Shown here: positions 9,239 through 18,884 of the stretch, in pieces
Position numbering within the stretch: position 1 is the first letter of the stretch
Layout of the letters: every line of letters starts with the position of its first letter
IMG/VR virus record: IMGVR_UViG_3300043112_000040
Origin: a virus
DNA: 64,000 nt
Strand: one strand, 5' to 3'
The notes under the pieces: generated by a model
Told to the model about the DNA's origin: nothing
Database searches by the model: none
Seen by the model: the letters and a program-made list of their open reading frames with translations, nothing else
Translations under genes and position numbers: made by a program

Positions 9239-10438
9239 TTAACAACACTCTCCATCAAAAGGTTTATCACATACAGGACAGATTTTTACTTCCTGTTTAA
9301 TCTCTTGTTCTCTCATTCTGTGTTTATCAATTACAGACATGATCTTGTTTGCACCTTCATTGATTTCTCTCACATGGTCAATATCTCGTCCAATCTCATC
9401 AATTGAACTTTGATATTTATTTACATTCTCAACATATCCACTAACTTCGTTTAGAAGAGGTTTGCAGGAAAGCCATTGCTCTGTGTCCTGATAAGCATTT
9501 GCCCTGCGCTCATCTTGATTTAGAAGTCGATTTAGATTTAGTTCATATTCATCCATATATTTGATTTCCTTAATTAGATTAGATATTTCAGAAATAAGAC
9601 CACCACAGCTAGGAATAGCAAGGTCAGAAATTTGTCGGCGTACAACAAACAAATCATCCACAAGTCGCTGAAATTTGGAAAAGGAGGTGTCAATTTTTTG
9701 ACACTCTTCAACGGATTGATATGTTTCATTTAATTTGTTTTCATCAATATAAAAAAGGTTTGAGATTTTGTCTGAGATTTCTTCCCAAGAATAATTGAGT
9801 TGTTGCAAAATTTGCACATGCTCATTGATTTGGGATATTACTCTTTGATATTCTTCTGTTTCATTAATACTTTTAACAGCTTCATCGACCCACTTATAGT
9901 CCTCAAGAGTATTATTCTTTTCTTTAAGTTGGTCCTCGGCAGTTGCTACTTTTCGTTTGGTGTCCTTTACAATGCTTCCACTCTTATATAGAGCGGAATC
10001 AATAATACTTAATCCTACAATGCCATTTAAGGTTCGTGCAACTTCACCAGAAGATTCTTGCAAGAGATAGAATTGATCAAACTGTCCCTGCATATTGATT
10101 GGTTCAATTTTGGTTAATTCTAAAACTTTTTCGGGAACACCACTACCTAAAGCTGTTAGAATTGTCCCATTACAATCGTATTGGTTGGTTTGAGTATCTC
10201 GCTTTCTTTCAAGATAGGTTCTGTCTTCAAACACAACCTTTACAACGGTTGGTCCTTTTGAGTTATGCTTCTTAAAAGAAAATCCGGCGGGTTGATTAAA
10301 AAAGCACCAATTAAGGGCTTTGATAATTGAGCTTTTACCATTATTTGAAGAACCACTGATATTATTAATACCCTTATCAAGTTCAAGGAAAGTATCTGTA
10401 TGGGCTTCAAAGTTCTGTATATGAATTGATTTTAGCAT
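9239..10438 (-). CDS. sbcC: SbcC/Rad50/gp46-like ATPase, N-terminal half ending at the zinc hook
   Basis: MLKSIHIQNF, Walker A GSSNNGKSS, Q-loop QGQFDQ, coiled coil, terminal CPVC. Confidence 0.88.
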   Translation of the reverse strand: MLKSIHIQNFEAHTDTFLELDKGINNISGSSNNGKSSIIKALNWCFFNQPAGFSFKKHNSKGPTVVKVVFEDRTYLERKRDTQTNQYDCNGTILTALGSGVPEKVLELTKIEPINMQGQFDQFYLLQESSGEVARTLNGIVGLSIIDSALYKSGSIVKDTKRKVATAEDQLKEKNNTLEDYKWVDEAVKSINETEEYQRVISQINEHVQILQQLNYSWEEISDKISNLFYIDENKLNETYQSVEECQKIDTSFSKFQRLVDDLFVVRRQISDLAIPSCGGLISEISNLIKEIKYMDEYELNLNRLLNQDERRANAYQDTEQWLSCKPLLNEVSGYVENVNKYQSSIDEIGRDIDHVREINEGANKIMSVIDKHRMREQEIKQEVKICPVCDKPFDGECC

Positions 10439-10447
10439 ATAATCACA

Positions 10448-10657
10448 CTAACAATATTCACATTTAAGTTCTTCCATCAACTCCAAAACATTATCCTTAG
10501 TTGGTTCTGTATTATCAAGGCGTTCTACAAGAGAATTAACAAGAGAGGGTGTCTGTTTGAACACTCGGTTAATCATTGTCATTAAATGGTCAATATGGGC
10601 TTCATATTCGTCGTAATTAGTCCAGCCAAAGTCAGTAGCATCAAAGTGGTTATTCAA
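10448..10657 (-). CDS. Hypothetical protein
   Basis: ORF in the operon. Confidence 0.55.
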   Translation of the reverse strand: MNNHFDATDFGWTNYDEYEAHIDHLMTMINRVFKQTPSLVNSLVERLDNTEPTKDNVLELMEELKCEYC

Positions 10658-10674
10658 AATTTATGTCCTTAATG

Positions 10675-11052
10675 TTAGAGTAAATTTTTAGATATATGTT
10701 TCCAATCAACGCATACACGACTAAAATCTGGTAAATCTATTAAAGGACACCCATAGGCAGCATCATCAATATAAATATGTGCATATGCTTTTGGACTGTC
10801 TGTCCATTCTTGTTGTGTTGGATTTTTCTGAATACCATATAAACTAATTCCTTTATCTACAAACCAATCAATAGCATCTTGTAGAAATACCCCGCTTCGC
10901 ATAGTCCACAAAATAATTCTACATCCGGCTTCTTGTAATTTAAGTAGAGTTTCTACAGCAAGAGGAACATCTTTGCCGACATATGGGTAGCAATGATCCA
11001 CCACTGTCCCATCAAAATCCACAGCAATAACTAACCTACTTCTATCAGGCAT
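10675..11052 (-). CDS. HAD-superfamily phosphatase
   Basis: IAVDFDGTVV and YIDD motifs. Confidence 0.82.
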   Translation of the reverse strand: MPDRSRLVIAVDFDGTVVDHCYPYVGKDVPLAVETLLKLQEAGCRIILWTMRSGVFLQDAIDWFVDKGISLYGIQKNPTQQEWTDSPKAYAHIYIDDAAYGCPLIDLPDFSRVCVDWKHISKNLL

Positions 11053-11326
11053 CTGTATCCCCTAGATTCTCTTCAATATATTTAACAACTTCACTAAAAC
11101 TAACACAGTTCCATTCATAGGCATTTCTTTTATATCCATCATCAAAACAAATAACCACATTAACAGAACCATCCCAAAACAGAGAAATAACAATCTTATC
11201 TGTGTGAATCGCTTCTACATATTTTTTACCCTCAGACATTCCCCCATCTGGATATTTAATTTTATAATCAGGCCATTTAGTTGTAAACCATTCCTTCAAC
11301 ATCAATTGTTCAGTCGTGAGTTTCAT
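11045..11326 (-). CDS. Hypothetical protein
   Basis: Overlapping start/stop with neighbours. Confidence 0.55.
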   Translation of the reverse strand: MKLTTEQLMLKEWFTTKWPDYKIKYPDGGMSEGKKYVEAIHTDKIVISLFWDGSVNVVICFDDGYKRNAYEWNCVSFSEVVKYIEENLGDTDA

Positions 11327-12603
11327 TTGTTGTTCTCCATTTCCTTTTTACTGCTCACTTTGTAAAACATTGGATTAGTCAACACACCATATTTGATTTC
11401 ATCATAACGCACTTCAATGTATTTTGGAGGTCTTCGTAGATACTCTTTAGCTTTATGGTCCTTGCACATTCCTTGCCCAACAGGAATATCTTTTCCATTA
11501 TAATCACAAACAAAAACCTTAACCACTCTATGAAATCCTTCCTTGCTTCCAGTGTCTCCCCCAATTACTTCTTTTACAGGAAGGACCATTGTTTTATACT
11601 CGTTAACAAAGCACCATTCCTCTGACTTCCTAGGAATATACTTCACTAACTCATTTTTCAAAATAAGTCCAGTATTATTTAAGGGGAATCCAGAAATAAA
11701 AGTGGACATGAGTTCTTCTTTGTCTTTGAATCGAAAAGTCTGCAAGGGCTTCACATATTCAGTCTCGCCTGTTCTTTCAAGAATCTCAATTCGATCTTTT
11801 TGAAACATATCAGTGTTGGGTAGATCAAACACATAATAGACGAAATCATTATGATACTTTTCTGGAATGGACTTCATAATATCAAAGTCAACATCTTCTT
11901 CACCAGTATAATACAACACACCGTCTAGTTCATAAGGAAAAACACTCTTTCTGGTATGAAAAGAATCTTTTAATATCTCATAGAAATGCTTTATATGATC
12001 ATCCATGAATGAATATTTGTTTTGATTCTTTCCTTTAATATCAACATAGTTTCCACCAACATGCCTTAATCTAGTGCCTTTCAGAGCAAACTGTCCTACG
12101 ATGTTCTCAAATCCACCGCAACGAGCAACAAAAAGATTGATATTTGGTCCAATTTTATTATATTGTGGGAGAATATCAACCTCAATTCCGGTCTTCATCA
12201 TACCAACATTATCCATACCTAGAATAATATCATCAATATAAGCGGGACCAATTCCACATCCTAAATCTTTTTTTAGGATTCTATTGACAATATTTACAGT
12301 ATGCTCATCACAAGAACAAAGGGCAATTAATTTGAAGTAATCATCCTGCTCTGGTTCTTCTTTATGTGCAAGTTCATCTAGGAAATCAAAAATCTCCACA
12401 GAATCCTTAGCTGCTTTTATATTTGGTTGATATTTTGTTTTCTTGATACAAAATTGAATAGCGGGGTCAACCCCATATTTTAATGTCATATAGAAAGGTC
12501 TTCCTACTTTGTTGAGATACTTGTAAATAAGACGCTTTTTATGGAGTCTTCCCGACGTATGTTTAATTGCTTCTAAAGCGTTATATACTTCTGTTAGACA
12601 CAT
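11323..12603 (-). CDS. ATP-dependent DNA ligase-like protein with degenerate catalytic motifs
   Basis: T4-ligase-like N-terminus (RILKKDLGCG), ELDG, YVFDL, GLILKN and an OB-fold tail; KxDG motif altered. Confidence 0.75.
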   Translation of the reverse strand: MCLTEVYNALEAIKHTSGRLHKKRLIYKYLNKVGRPFYMTLKYGVDPAIQFCIKKTKYQPNIKAAKDSVEIFDFLDELAHKEEPEQDDYFKLIALCSCDEHTVNIVNRILKKDLGCGIGPAYIDDIILGMDNVGMMKTGIEVDILPQYNKIGPNINLFVARCGGFENIVGQFALKGTRLRHVGGNYVDIKGKNQNKYSFMDDHIKHFYEILKDSFHTRKSVFPYELDGVLYYTGEEDVDFDIMKSIPEKYHNDFVYYVFDLPNTDMFQKDRIEILERTGETEYVKPLQTFRFKDKEELMSTFISGFPLNNTGLILKNELVKYIPRKSEEWCFVNEYKTMVLPVKEVIGGDTGSKEGFHRVVKVFVCDYNGKDIPVGQGMCKDHKAKEYLRRPPKYIEVRYDEIKYGVLTNPMFYKVSSKKEMENNK

Positions 12604-12902
12604 TGTTCTTGATGATGTAAATACTTTTTAATTATAGATTCTTTTTCTTCTACATGTTTATCGATACGTTTTCCATCAATATCACCAGAGTCTTCAACTA
12701 AACAACAGGCAACACTGACATGCGCCAATTCCATTTCAAGGAGTTCCCTATTAGTTGTTTTTTCTTTATCATTTGGATTATAACTTTCATATCCATGCCT
12801 AAGAATCTTACCAATAATTTGTTGACATTCGCCCATTTCTTCTAAAAGTAAAGAAAGACGCTCTGTTTCAGCAGGGGTTAATTTATTATAGTTTTGTTCC
12901 AC
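12594..12902 (-). CDS. MazG-like NTP pyrophosphohydrolase
   Basis: LLEEMGECQQIIGKILRHG...ELAHV. Confidence 0.7.
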   Translation of the reverse strand: MEQNYNKLTPAETERLSLLLEEMGECQQIIGKILRHGYESYNPNDKEKTTNRELLEMELAHVSVACCLVEDSGDIDGKRIDKHVEEKESIIKKYLHHQEQCV

Positions 12903-12922
12903 TTTATTAAATCTCCAAATTA

Positions 12923-13273
12923 CTAAATAATTTTATCACTTTTCTTTAAGTTACACTCTGGACAAGAGCATTGTAAATTATTCATATCCCATTCATCTCC
13001 ACCCTTTGAAATAGGAAAAATATGATCTACATGATAATCATTTTCGTCTACTTTTTTACCACAAATTTGACAAATTCCTTTATCTCGTTCATATACTTTC
13101 TTTCTAACTGTGGGCCAGTGTGTTTTCATAAAAAAATCATCTAAACAATCTTGCCCACAAAAACTTGTTTTTCTACCAGTTAGTATTTTTCCACACATTC
13201 TGCATAAATAATTTCCATTTTCATCTTTTCTAATAGGAAATCTTTCATAATTACTTTTTCCACATCTACTCAT
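12923..13273 (-). CDS. Small HNH endonuclease
   Basis: RDKGICQICG...HVDHIFP...NNLQCSCPECNLKK. Confidence 0.85.
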   Translation of the reverse strand: MSRCGKSNYERFPIRKDENGNYLCRMCGKILTGRKTSFCGQDCLDDFFMKTHWPTVRKKVYERDKGICQICGKKVDENDYHVDHIFPISKGGDEWDMNNLQCSCPECNLKKSDKII

Positions 13274-13890
13274 TATTCTAAATCCAAATTATTATTCTTG
13301 ATTATCTTCTGTCTTAATTCTTTTTCATATTTTGTTCGACAATTATTATTAACAACCGTCAGCCCAATCTTACCAATAACAAAGGCATCACAATCATCAT
13401 TTGAATACCAATAATCGACAGCAACTCCAAATCTCTCTGACACTCCTTCCATAACTTCTTTTTTAGTAGCTTTTCCCTTTCCACAAGCAATCTTTTTAAC
13501 ACTAGGAGGGGCAACTGTAATAAGTCGTTGAAAAGGAAGCGGAAAGTGTTGCCACAACTTATGGGTGCAAACACCAGATTGTTCAGCAAGGCGAGACAAA
13601 GATGCTCCTCCAAATCCATATCCTTCTCTGACAACCCACTCTATATCATTGACATAATCTTGTAGTTTTGTCAAGAGTGCATTGGAAATATAATCATAGA
13701 TTTCTTGATCACACTTGAAGTCTCGATATTCTTCCTCCTCAACTCCAATATTATAGAGTCCTTTGAATTTCTTTTTGGTTGCTTTTTTGACAGGAACAAT
13801 ACCATGTTCAATTAATTTATTGGTTTCAATATCAAAAACACAATAACCAGTACATGCAATAGATAGGTCTAGTGATAGTAGGTAGGGCAT
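13273..13890 (-). CDS. ruvC: RuvC-like Holliday junction resolvase
   Basis: LSLDLSIACTGY, VREGY, PSVKKIACGKGKATK, NDDCDA. Confidence 0.85.
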   Translation of the reverse strand: MPYLLSLDLSIACTGYCVFDIETNKLIEHGIVPVKKATKKKFKGLYNIGVEEEEYRDFKCDQEIYDYISNALLTKLQDYVNDIEWVVREGYGFGGASLSRLAEQSGVCTHKLWQHFPLPFQRLITVAPPSVKKIACGKGKATKKEVMEGVSERFGVAVDYWYSNDDCDAFVIGKIGLTVVNNNCRTKYEKELRQKIIKNNNLDLE

Positions 13891-14135
13891 TATCGTTCTG
13901 CAATTAATCTTACATATTCACCAAATGCTTCCTTAAAACAATGCTGGCAAATATCAATTTCAAAATCACACATATCTCCAAACAAGGAACCATATCCTCC
14001 TTGCCAAGTATAGTAGAACCCTTCCTGATGCTCTACATAATTATCATCTGTAGGACTCAAATCTCTACCACAAACATCACAAGTAATTTTATCTATTACT
14101 TGGCGTTCTTCTGTAATTGTTTTATTTGTTCTCAT
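13890..14135 (-). CDS. Hypothetical protein with CxxC pairs
   Basis: CDVCG...DICQHC. Confidence 0.6.
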   Translation of the reverse strand: MRTNKTITEERQVIDKITCDVCGRDLSPTDDNYVEHQEGFYYTWQGGYGSLFGDMCDFEIDICQHCFKEAFGEYVRLIAER

Positions 14136-14403
14136 TTTGCTCCTCTTCCTTATTTTCAAAAGACTTCACATATTCTTCAATCTCAGCAAGAAATCGCTTT
14201 GCATCAAGGGTCATAATATCATCAAAATTCTTCTGAGCCTTTTCATAATCGTCATAACCAAAATGAATAGAAACAAACATGCCTTCATATTTAATGGTTG
14301 TCTTGATTGTCAAAACTTCTCCTTCAACATCTTCCCTTGGAGAATCAAGCTGAAAAAGAATCTGCTTATCATCGAACTCAAAAATCTTACACCATTTGGA
14401 CAT
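14122..14403 (-). CDS. Hypothetical protein
   Basis: ORF in the operon. Confidence 0.6.
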   Translation of the reverse strand: MSKWCKIFEFDDKQILFQLDSPREDVEGEVLTIKTTIKYEGMFVSIHFGYDDYEKAQKNFDDIMTLDAKRFLAEIEEYVKSFENKEEEQNENK

Positions 14404-14406
14404 AAT

Positions 14407-15483
14407 TTATTCATACCTCTTCTTTCGGGTTTTAGTCAGAGATTCTTCAACATTAAGCCATTCTTTCTCAACCATCTTAGCCAATTCTTCTTCCTTGTTG
14501 TTATCTTCAATAAACGAAATTAAAGTATCCTTGACTCCCTTAAAATCCCATTCTTCGATAATATAACTACGACCAGACTTTTGTAACACTCCCTGAGATT
14601 CAAGATAATTAATATTGGAAGTAATATCATCAATACCATAACTATCATTCACATACAGGGTTATGATACGGGACTTACCAGTAATACGATTCTTGGTTAC
14701 ATCAATCCGAACATCATGTCCAACTCTGTAGGTAGCATTTCCTTTGTTTTGTTTGTCAGTCTTTCCCTTAATAAGCCAAAATACAAGGTGACTATAATAA
14801 TCTAACGCACTTCCACCACTACGAACTTTCTTATCTTCAAACATTGTTGCGTTCATTTTCTCTTTTGCTTGAGAAATATTAACAATGATTGATCCAGTGT
14901 TGGCAATAGAACTTGCAATAGTACGAGAGAGTTCGTGGGTGAAACGAGCTTTCAAAGGATATTGGGTCATGGTAACATCTTTACCAGATTCTACTGCTTT
15001 CTGAATTTCCTTTTTTCGATCATTATCCTGCTGACAAGTAAGACCGTCAAAGGAATCAAGAATATAAAAGAAAGGAATACCTTCATCTGTCATTTTCGTG
15101 ATACGAGCATAAAAGGCTTCCATTGAGTTATCATTGTGCTTGATAAGTCTATTTTGTAGTTTTGTTCCAAAATGTTTCACTAAATCAAAAAGCGCACCAT
15201 TCTCTGTATCCTGTAGATGAAGTTCATACTCATCAAACTGAGGATCATTAGCGGCTTCGGCAAGAGCGGTCAGAGCAAGCAGGGATTTACCTGTATGTGA
15301 ATACCCTGCCGGATTCACAATCGTTCCTGTTGCAAATCCTCCATTGTATTTATCAGAAATGGCAAGATTAAGGAGAGTGCATCCAGTGGAAATATATTTT
15401 AAAATATTTGGATTTCCCATTACTTCTTCCTCATTTATTACTTCTTCTAGTTCTTCTTTTATTGTCTTTTTCTTTTTTGGCAT
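14407..15483 (-). CDS. uvsX: RecA/UvsX-like recombinase
   Basis: ISTG..LLNLAIS, Walker A GYSHTGKS, ILDS, SGGSALDYYS, KNRI. Confidence 0.9.
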   Translation of the reverse strand: MPKKKKTIKEELEEVINEEEVMGNPNILKYISTGCTLLNLAISDKYNGGFATGTIVNPAGYSHTGKSLLALTALAEAANDPQFDEYELHLQDTENGALFDLVKHFGTKLQNRLIKHNDNSMEAFYARITKMTDEGIPFFYILDSFDGLTCQQDNDRKKEIQKAVESGKDVTMTQYPLKARFTHELSRTIASSIANTGSIIVNISQAKEKMNATMFEDKKVRSGGSALDYYSHLVFWLIKGKTDKQNKGNATYRVGHDVRIDVTKNRITGKSRIITLYVNDSYGIDDITSNINYLESQGVLQKSGRSYIIEEWDFKGVKDTLISFIEDNNKEEELAKMVEKEWLNVEESLTKTRKKRYE

Positions 15484-15496
15484 TTAATCCTCTATT

Positions 15497-15727
15497 TTAA
15501 TAAAGATGATACTTCATTGTATTATCAAAAAAATCAAAATCATATTCAACAGACATTTGTTCGTCTGTATCAATAGTTAGTCCTAATGTCATAACAGGTT
15601 CTGAAAAAGAAAGGAAGGCCCACGGGAAAATTTCATCTTCTTGAAAATCTCCAATAGGTCTATTCAATGAAATGTTATAAAACATAACGCCATCTGACAT
15701 TTGTTCCATTTTTGTGTATGTGAACAT
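15497..15727 (-). CDS. Hypothetical acidic protein
   Basis: ORF with RBS. Confidence 0.55.
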   Translation of the reverse strand: MFTYTKMEQMSDGVMFYNISLNRPIGDFQEDEIFPWAFLSFSEPVMTLGLTIDTDEQMSVEYDFDFFDNTMKYHLY

Positions 15728-15801
15728 TTTAATTCCTTATATTATATTATAGAAGAATCCCCCAACCTCCTTGTCAAGGGATTCTATAATCAAACTAAAC
15801 G

Positions 15802-16971
15802 CTAGGAAACATACTCAATAACGGCTTCCTTGAACTTGTCAAAGTCATCTTCAAAATCTTCACAGAATAGTTCAATGTCATTGGCTTCACAAAAATCATC
15901 CAGTTCTTCAAGATCATTGATAGCCTTGACCTTGGCAACCTTCGGATTGTCCTTGCTTTCCTTTTCACGACTACGAGAACGAGAAGGCTTTTCCTCTTCT
16001 TCCGGCTCGTCTACATCAAAAGGAACATCATCTTCACTTTCATTTGAATTAGAACCAAAAGCCCTATCAAGTTGGTCTTCACATTCCTGTTCCATTTCTT
16101 CATCAGAACGAGAATTGTCCTGTGCTTCCTCAAACTGCTTGGTTCCTTCCATCATATCCTTGAGATCATCATAAGAAGTCTCAATAAGAACAGTTTCAAG
16201 AGCGATAGCCTGTGGAATCATATCAAACAACATATCAACAGTCTTTTCATCTCGGTCAATGAACTGAACACCGCTCACTTCTGGCCGAGTCTTTTCCTTA
16301 TCAAAGTTGCGATATTCAAAATAAATGCTCTTACCATCTTCCGGGTCAAACCACATGATAGGTTCTTTGGTCTTCGGATGCTTGTTGATAGAAAGAATCT
16401 CCTTGGGAACAAAGAACCAAGAGGTATCCCAAATAAACCACTTAGGCTTGCCATCTTCATCCTGAGCAACAATATTGAACAGAGTGCGGTTCTTGGTGTC
16501 AAGCGGAGCAACTACCGTCTTGAAGTATTCCTTGCTTTCATCGGAACCCTTTGGATAAGGCCAATTAGAAAGAAGGTTTTGCTTCTGCTCACAAATAGGA
16601 CACGGCTTTCCAAAAGTGCGAGGGCAAACAACAGAAGCCTTGTTTGGGCCTACATTGCGGTGAATCCAATAGTTAAGTTGGAAAACCCAATCCTGATTAG
16701 GCTCCTTGTCAATATAGCAGCCGTTGTTATCAAAAACCTTATCCTTCTGCTTTGCGCGAGTATCTACATCAACACTGACACCCGCAGGGATTTCAAATTG
16801 ATAAGGAAGAACATCAATAGTTGCTTCACCGTTGCCCTTCACACCATCCCACTTCATATTGAAATATTCTGGCTTGATTACCAGAAACTTACCAACACTT
16901 TCCTGCTGAGTTTTGTTTTCAGAGGAAGGTGCTTCATAATTTGCAAACATGCTTTTTCTTGTGCGTGCCAT
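15802..16971 (-). CDS. Single-stranded DNA-binding protein (gp32-like)
   Basis: HRNVG...CPRTFGKPCPICE Zn motif, long acidic tail, located next to UvsX. Confidence 0.72.
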   Translation of the reverse strand: MARTRKSMFANYEAPSSENKTQQESVGKFLVIKPEYFNMKWDGVKGNGEATIDVLPYQFEIPAGVSVDVDTRAKQKDKVFDNNGCYIDKEPNQDWVFQLNYWIHRNVGPNKASVVCPRTFGKPCPICEQKQNLLSNWPYPKGSDESKEYFKTVVAPLDTKNRTLFNIVAQDEDGKPKWFIWDTSWFFVPKEILSINKHPKTKEPIMWFDPEDGKSIYFEYRNFDKEKTRPEVSGVQFIDRDEKTVDMLFDMIPQAIALETVLIETSYDDLKDMMEGTKQFEEAQDNSRSDEEMEQECEDQLDRAFGSNSNESEDDVPFDVDEPEEEEKPSRSRSREKESKDNPKVAKVKAINDLEELDDFCEANDIELFCEDFEDDFDKFKEAVIEYVS

Positions 16972-17038
16972 TTAAGTTTTCTCCTTGAGTTGTTTTAACT
17001 TCTTCTTTGTTTTTTCAGTTGTGCTTAAAATAAAAAGG

Positions 17039-17179
17039 TTATTTGCCCTGTCCACGATAACGCTTGAAACTTCGCTTTTTATTCTTGTTCTTTGGTCGGC
17101 TGTTATTAGACATTCCGATAGAAGTTCGTTTGTTGTTAGATTTAAACTTTGTTCTCTTTTCGTTAGTTGCTTTAGCCAA
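17039..17179 (-). CDS. 46-aa very basic peptide (not in the ORF track)
   Basis: TTG start with GAGG RBS: MAKATNEKRTKFKSNNKRTSIGMSNNSRPKNKNKKRSFKRYRGQGK. Confidence 0.65.
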   Translation of the reverse strand: MAKATNEKRTKFKSNNKRTSIGMSNNSRPKNKNKKRSFKRYRGQGK

Positions 17180-17184
17180 TTTGT

Positions 17185-17370
17185 TTAATCCTCTTGTTCT
17201 TCTAGTGCTTTTGCGCGGTCAATACTTTCAGAATCGCCCGCCTTCTTATACCAATAAATAGCCTGTTCCTTATTCTTTTCAACACCATTGCCAAACTCAT
17301 ATGCGTAAGCAACATCAATCATCATTGGTTTAATTCCCATTTTCGCCATTTGATAAATTTCGTCAAACAT
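17185..17370 (-). CDS. Single Sel1-repeat protein
   Basis: VAYAYEFGNGVEKNKEQAIYWYKKA is the Sel1 consensus. Confidence 0.75.
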   Translation of the reverse strand: MFDEIYQMAKMGIKPMMIDVAYAYEFGNGVEKNKEQAIYWYKKAGDSESIDRAKALEEQED

Positions 17371-17374
17371 AATT

Positions 17375-17584
17375 TTAATCCTCTTCTGGTTCTACTTCAT
17401 TTCGTGTTACAAGAACTGTAATCTCTTCATGCTTGTATTCCCGTTCTTCTCCTGTGCAAACATTTACGTGAACAGGAATCTTAGAAATAAATGTCATATA
17501 CATTTCGTTAGTGTTCTGTTGCCTCATTCCTTTCAGAATAGAACAAATAGTATGATCATTTTGAACTTGATATTCTCCGCCCAT
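17375..17584 (-). CDS. Hypothetical protein
   Basis: ORF in the operon. Confidence 0.5.
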   Translation of the reverse strand: MGGEYQVQNDHTICSILKGMRQQNTNEMYMTFISKIPVHVNVCTGEEREYKHEEITVLVTRNEVEPEED

Positions 17585-17586
17585 AA

Positions 17587-17949
17587 TTAATCTCCTTCTT
17601 CATATTGCATTTCTATTGCTTGCTCCCAACCTTTTTGCTTATAATACTCAGCAAGATTGGGCATACTACACCAACTTGTTCCGTTCCAATAGTGCCAATT
17701 CCCTTTGTTATCTACTGCATGATAGGTTCCGCAATTATCTAGTTTACCCAATCCCTGTGGTCCTGCTTTTTGTAATTCATCCTTAATTTTTTTACAAATA
17801 ATTTTAAGGGGATTTTCGTAATAAGTTTTTAAGGTTACTTTTGTATAGGAAGTATAAGTAGGCATACCAAAAGTTCGTTCAATTTCTGCATTAAGAGTTG
17901 GATTTCCAATAATCCAGTCTTCCAAATTATCATAAAATTTTTGATGCAT
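17587..17949 (-). CDS. Hypothetical protein
   Basis: ORF in the operon. Confidence 0.55.
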   Translation of the reverse strand: MHQKFYDNLEDWIIGNPTLNAEIERTFGMPTYTSYTKVTLKTYYENPLKIICKKIKDELQKAGPQGLGKLDNCGTYHAVDNKGNWHYWNGTSWCSMPNLAEYYKQKGWEQAIEMQYEEGD

Positions 17950-17955
17950 TTAATT

Positions 17956-18441
17956 CTAATCCTCTTCTTCATTGTTAATAGGTTTTCTACGTCTTCCAAC
18001 ACTATTCATGCGCTCATTCAACACACTCACAGACTCCGCAGACAAGGATTGATCTGCCCAATATCCGGTTAGGAATAACTGAACTAGGTTTCCAAGAGCA
18101 GATCGCTTCGCCTGTAATGCGGTCAATGTAGCGGCATTGTAACTCACTTCACTACTAATGTCAACAAGTTTATCACTTTCTTTCTGATATTTTTCATTTG
18201 TTTTGATAAAAGAATCTGCTTGCGCCACAGTGGGAGATTTATCAAACCCTAATTCCTGCCAATTCTTACGAAGTTCTGTTTGAAGTTCTGCTTCAAGGAC
18301 TTCTAGTTTTAGTTTCTGCTTGTCCTTGCGCTTAACTGCCTCTGAGTGCTGTTCGCCATAGTCTTGCAGTTGCATGGCGATATTAACCAACCCTTCGTCT
18401 AGCTTGAATTTGTTGATATAAAGTTCTTCTTTAATACTCAT
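17956..18441 (-). CDS. UvsY-like recombination mediator (coiled coil)
   Basis: All-helical ~160 aa, size and pattern similar to UvsY, near UvsX and SSB. Confidence 0.5.
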   Translation of the reverse strand: MSIKEELYINKFKLDEGLVNIAMQLQDYGEQHSEAVKRKDKQKLKLEVLEAELQTELRKNWQELGFDKSPTVAQADSFIKTNEKYQKESDKLVDISSEVSYNAATLTALQAKRSALGNLVQLFLTGYWADQSLSAESVSVLNERMNSVGRRRKPINNEEED

Positions 18442-18884
18442 CCTACAATTTCTCCTTCTTCATTTAAGAATTTAATGGGGATATTCCATTCCTTTGCATA
18501 AGCAATCTCTACCGCGACACCCTTACTTTCATCCCATCCATCAAGCATCAAAACATAAACATGCGTACAAAAATCGATGATCTGAAGGTCACGCGATAAC
18601 CAGAAACTAAATGAAGTTTGAAGGTCTTCCTCCATATGAGATACAAGGGCATGACTGTGTGTTAGTGGTGAAAATACATTGTTTCTGTCCTCCATTAACA
18701 TTGCTGCCACTTTGGTTGCCTTCTGTGTTCTGTCCTCCATTACAGATTCATATTTATGGGTGTATGGACAGGCAAGGTAGATTAACTTTCCGTTGCTACT
18801 TGAATAGTCCACTTTGTTCAGTAGTTCTTTGCCGTTTAGTTTTGATTTGTAGGTCATTTTTTGGTCCTTTTTATTAAATTTCAT
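18438..18884 (-). CDS. DUF1937 / nucleoside deoxyribosyltransferase-like protein
   Basis: LIYLACPYTH, VFSPLTHSH, WDESKGVAVEI; true start probably 18884 or 18857. Confidence 0.7.
   Translation of the reverse strand: MKFNKKDQKMTYKSKLNGKELLNKVDYSSSNGKLIYLACPYTHKYESVMEDRTQKATKVAAMLMEDRNNVFSPLTHSHALVSHMEEDLQTSFSFWLSRDLQIIDFCTHVYVLMLDGWDESKGVAVEIAYAKEWNIPIKFLNEEGEIVG

Noticed and set aside
16072-16998. 308-aa plus-strand ORF
   Set aside because: Antisense shadow of the SSB gene; no RBS or promoter, and the composition is what codon bias on the opposite strand produces.
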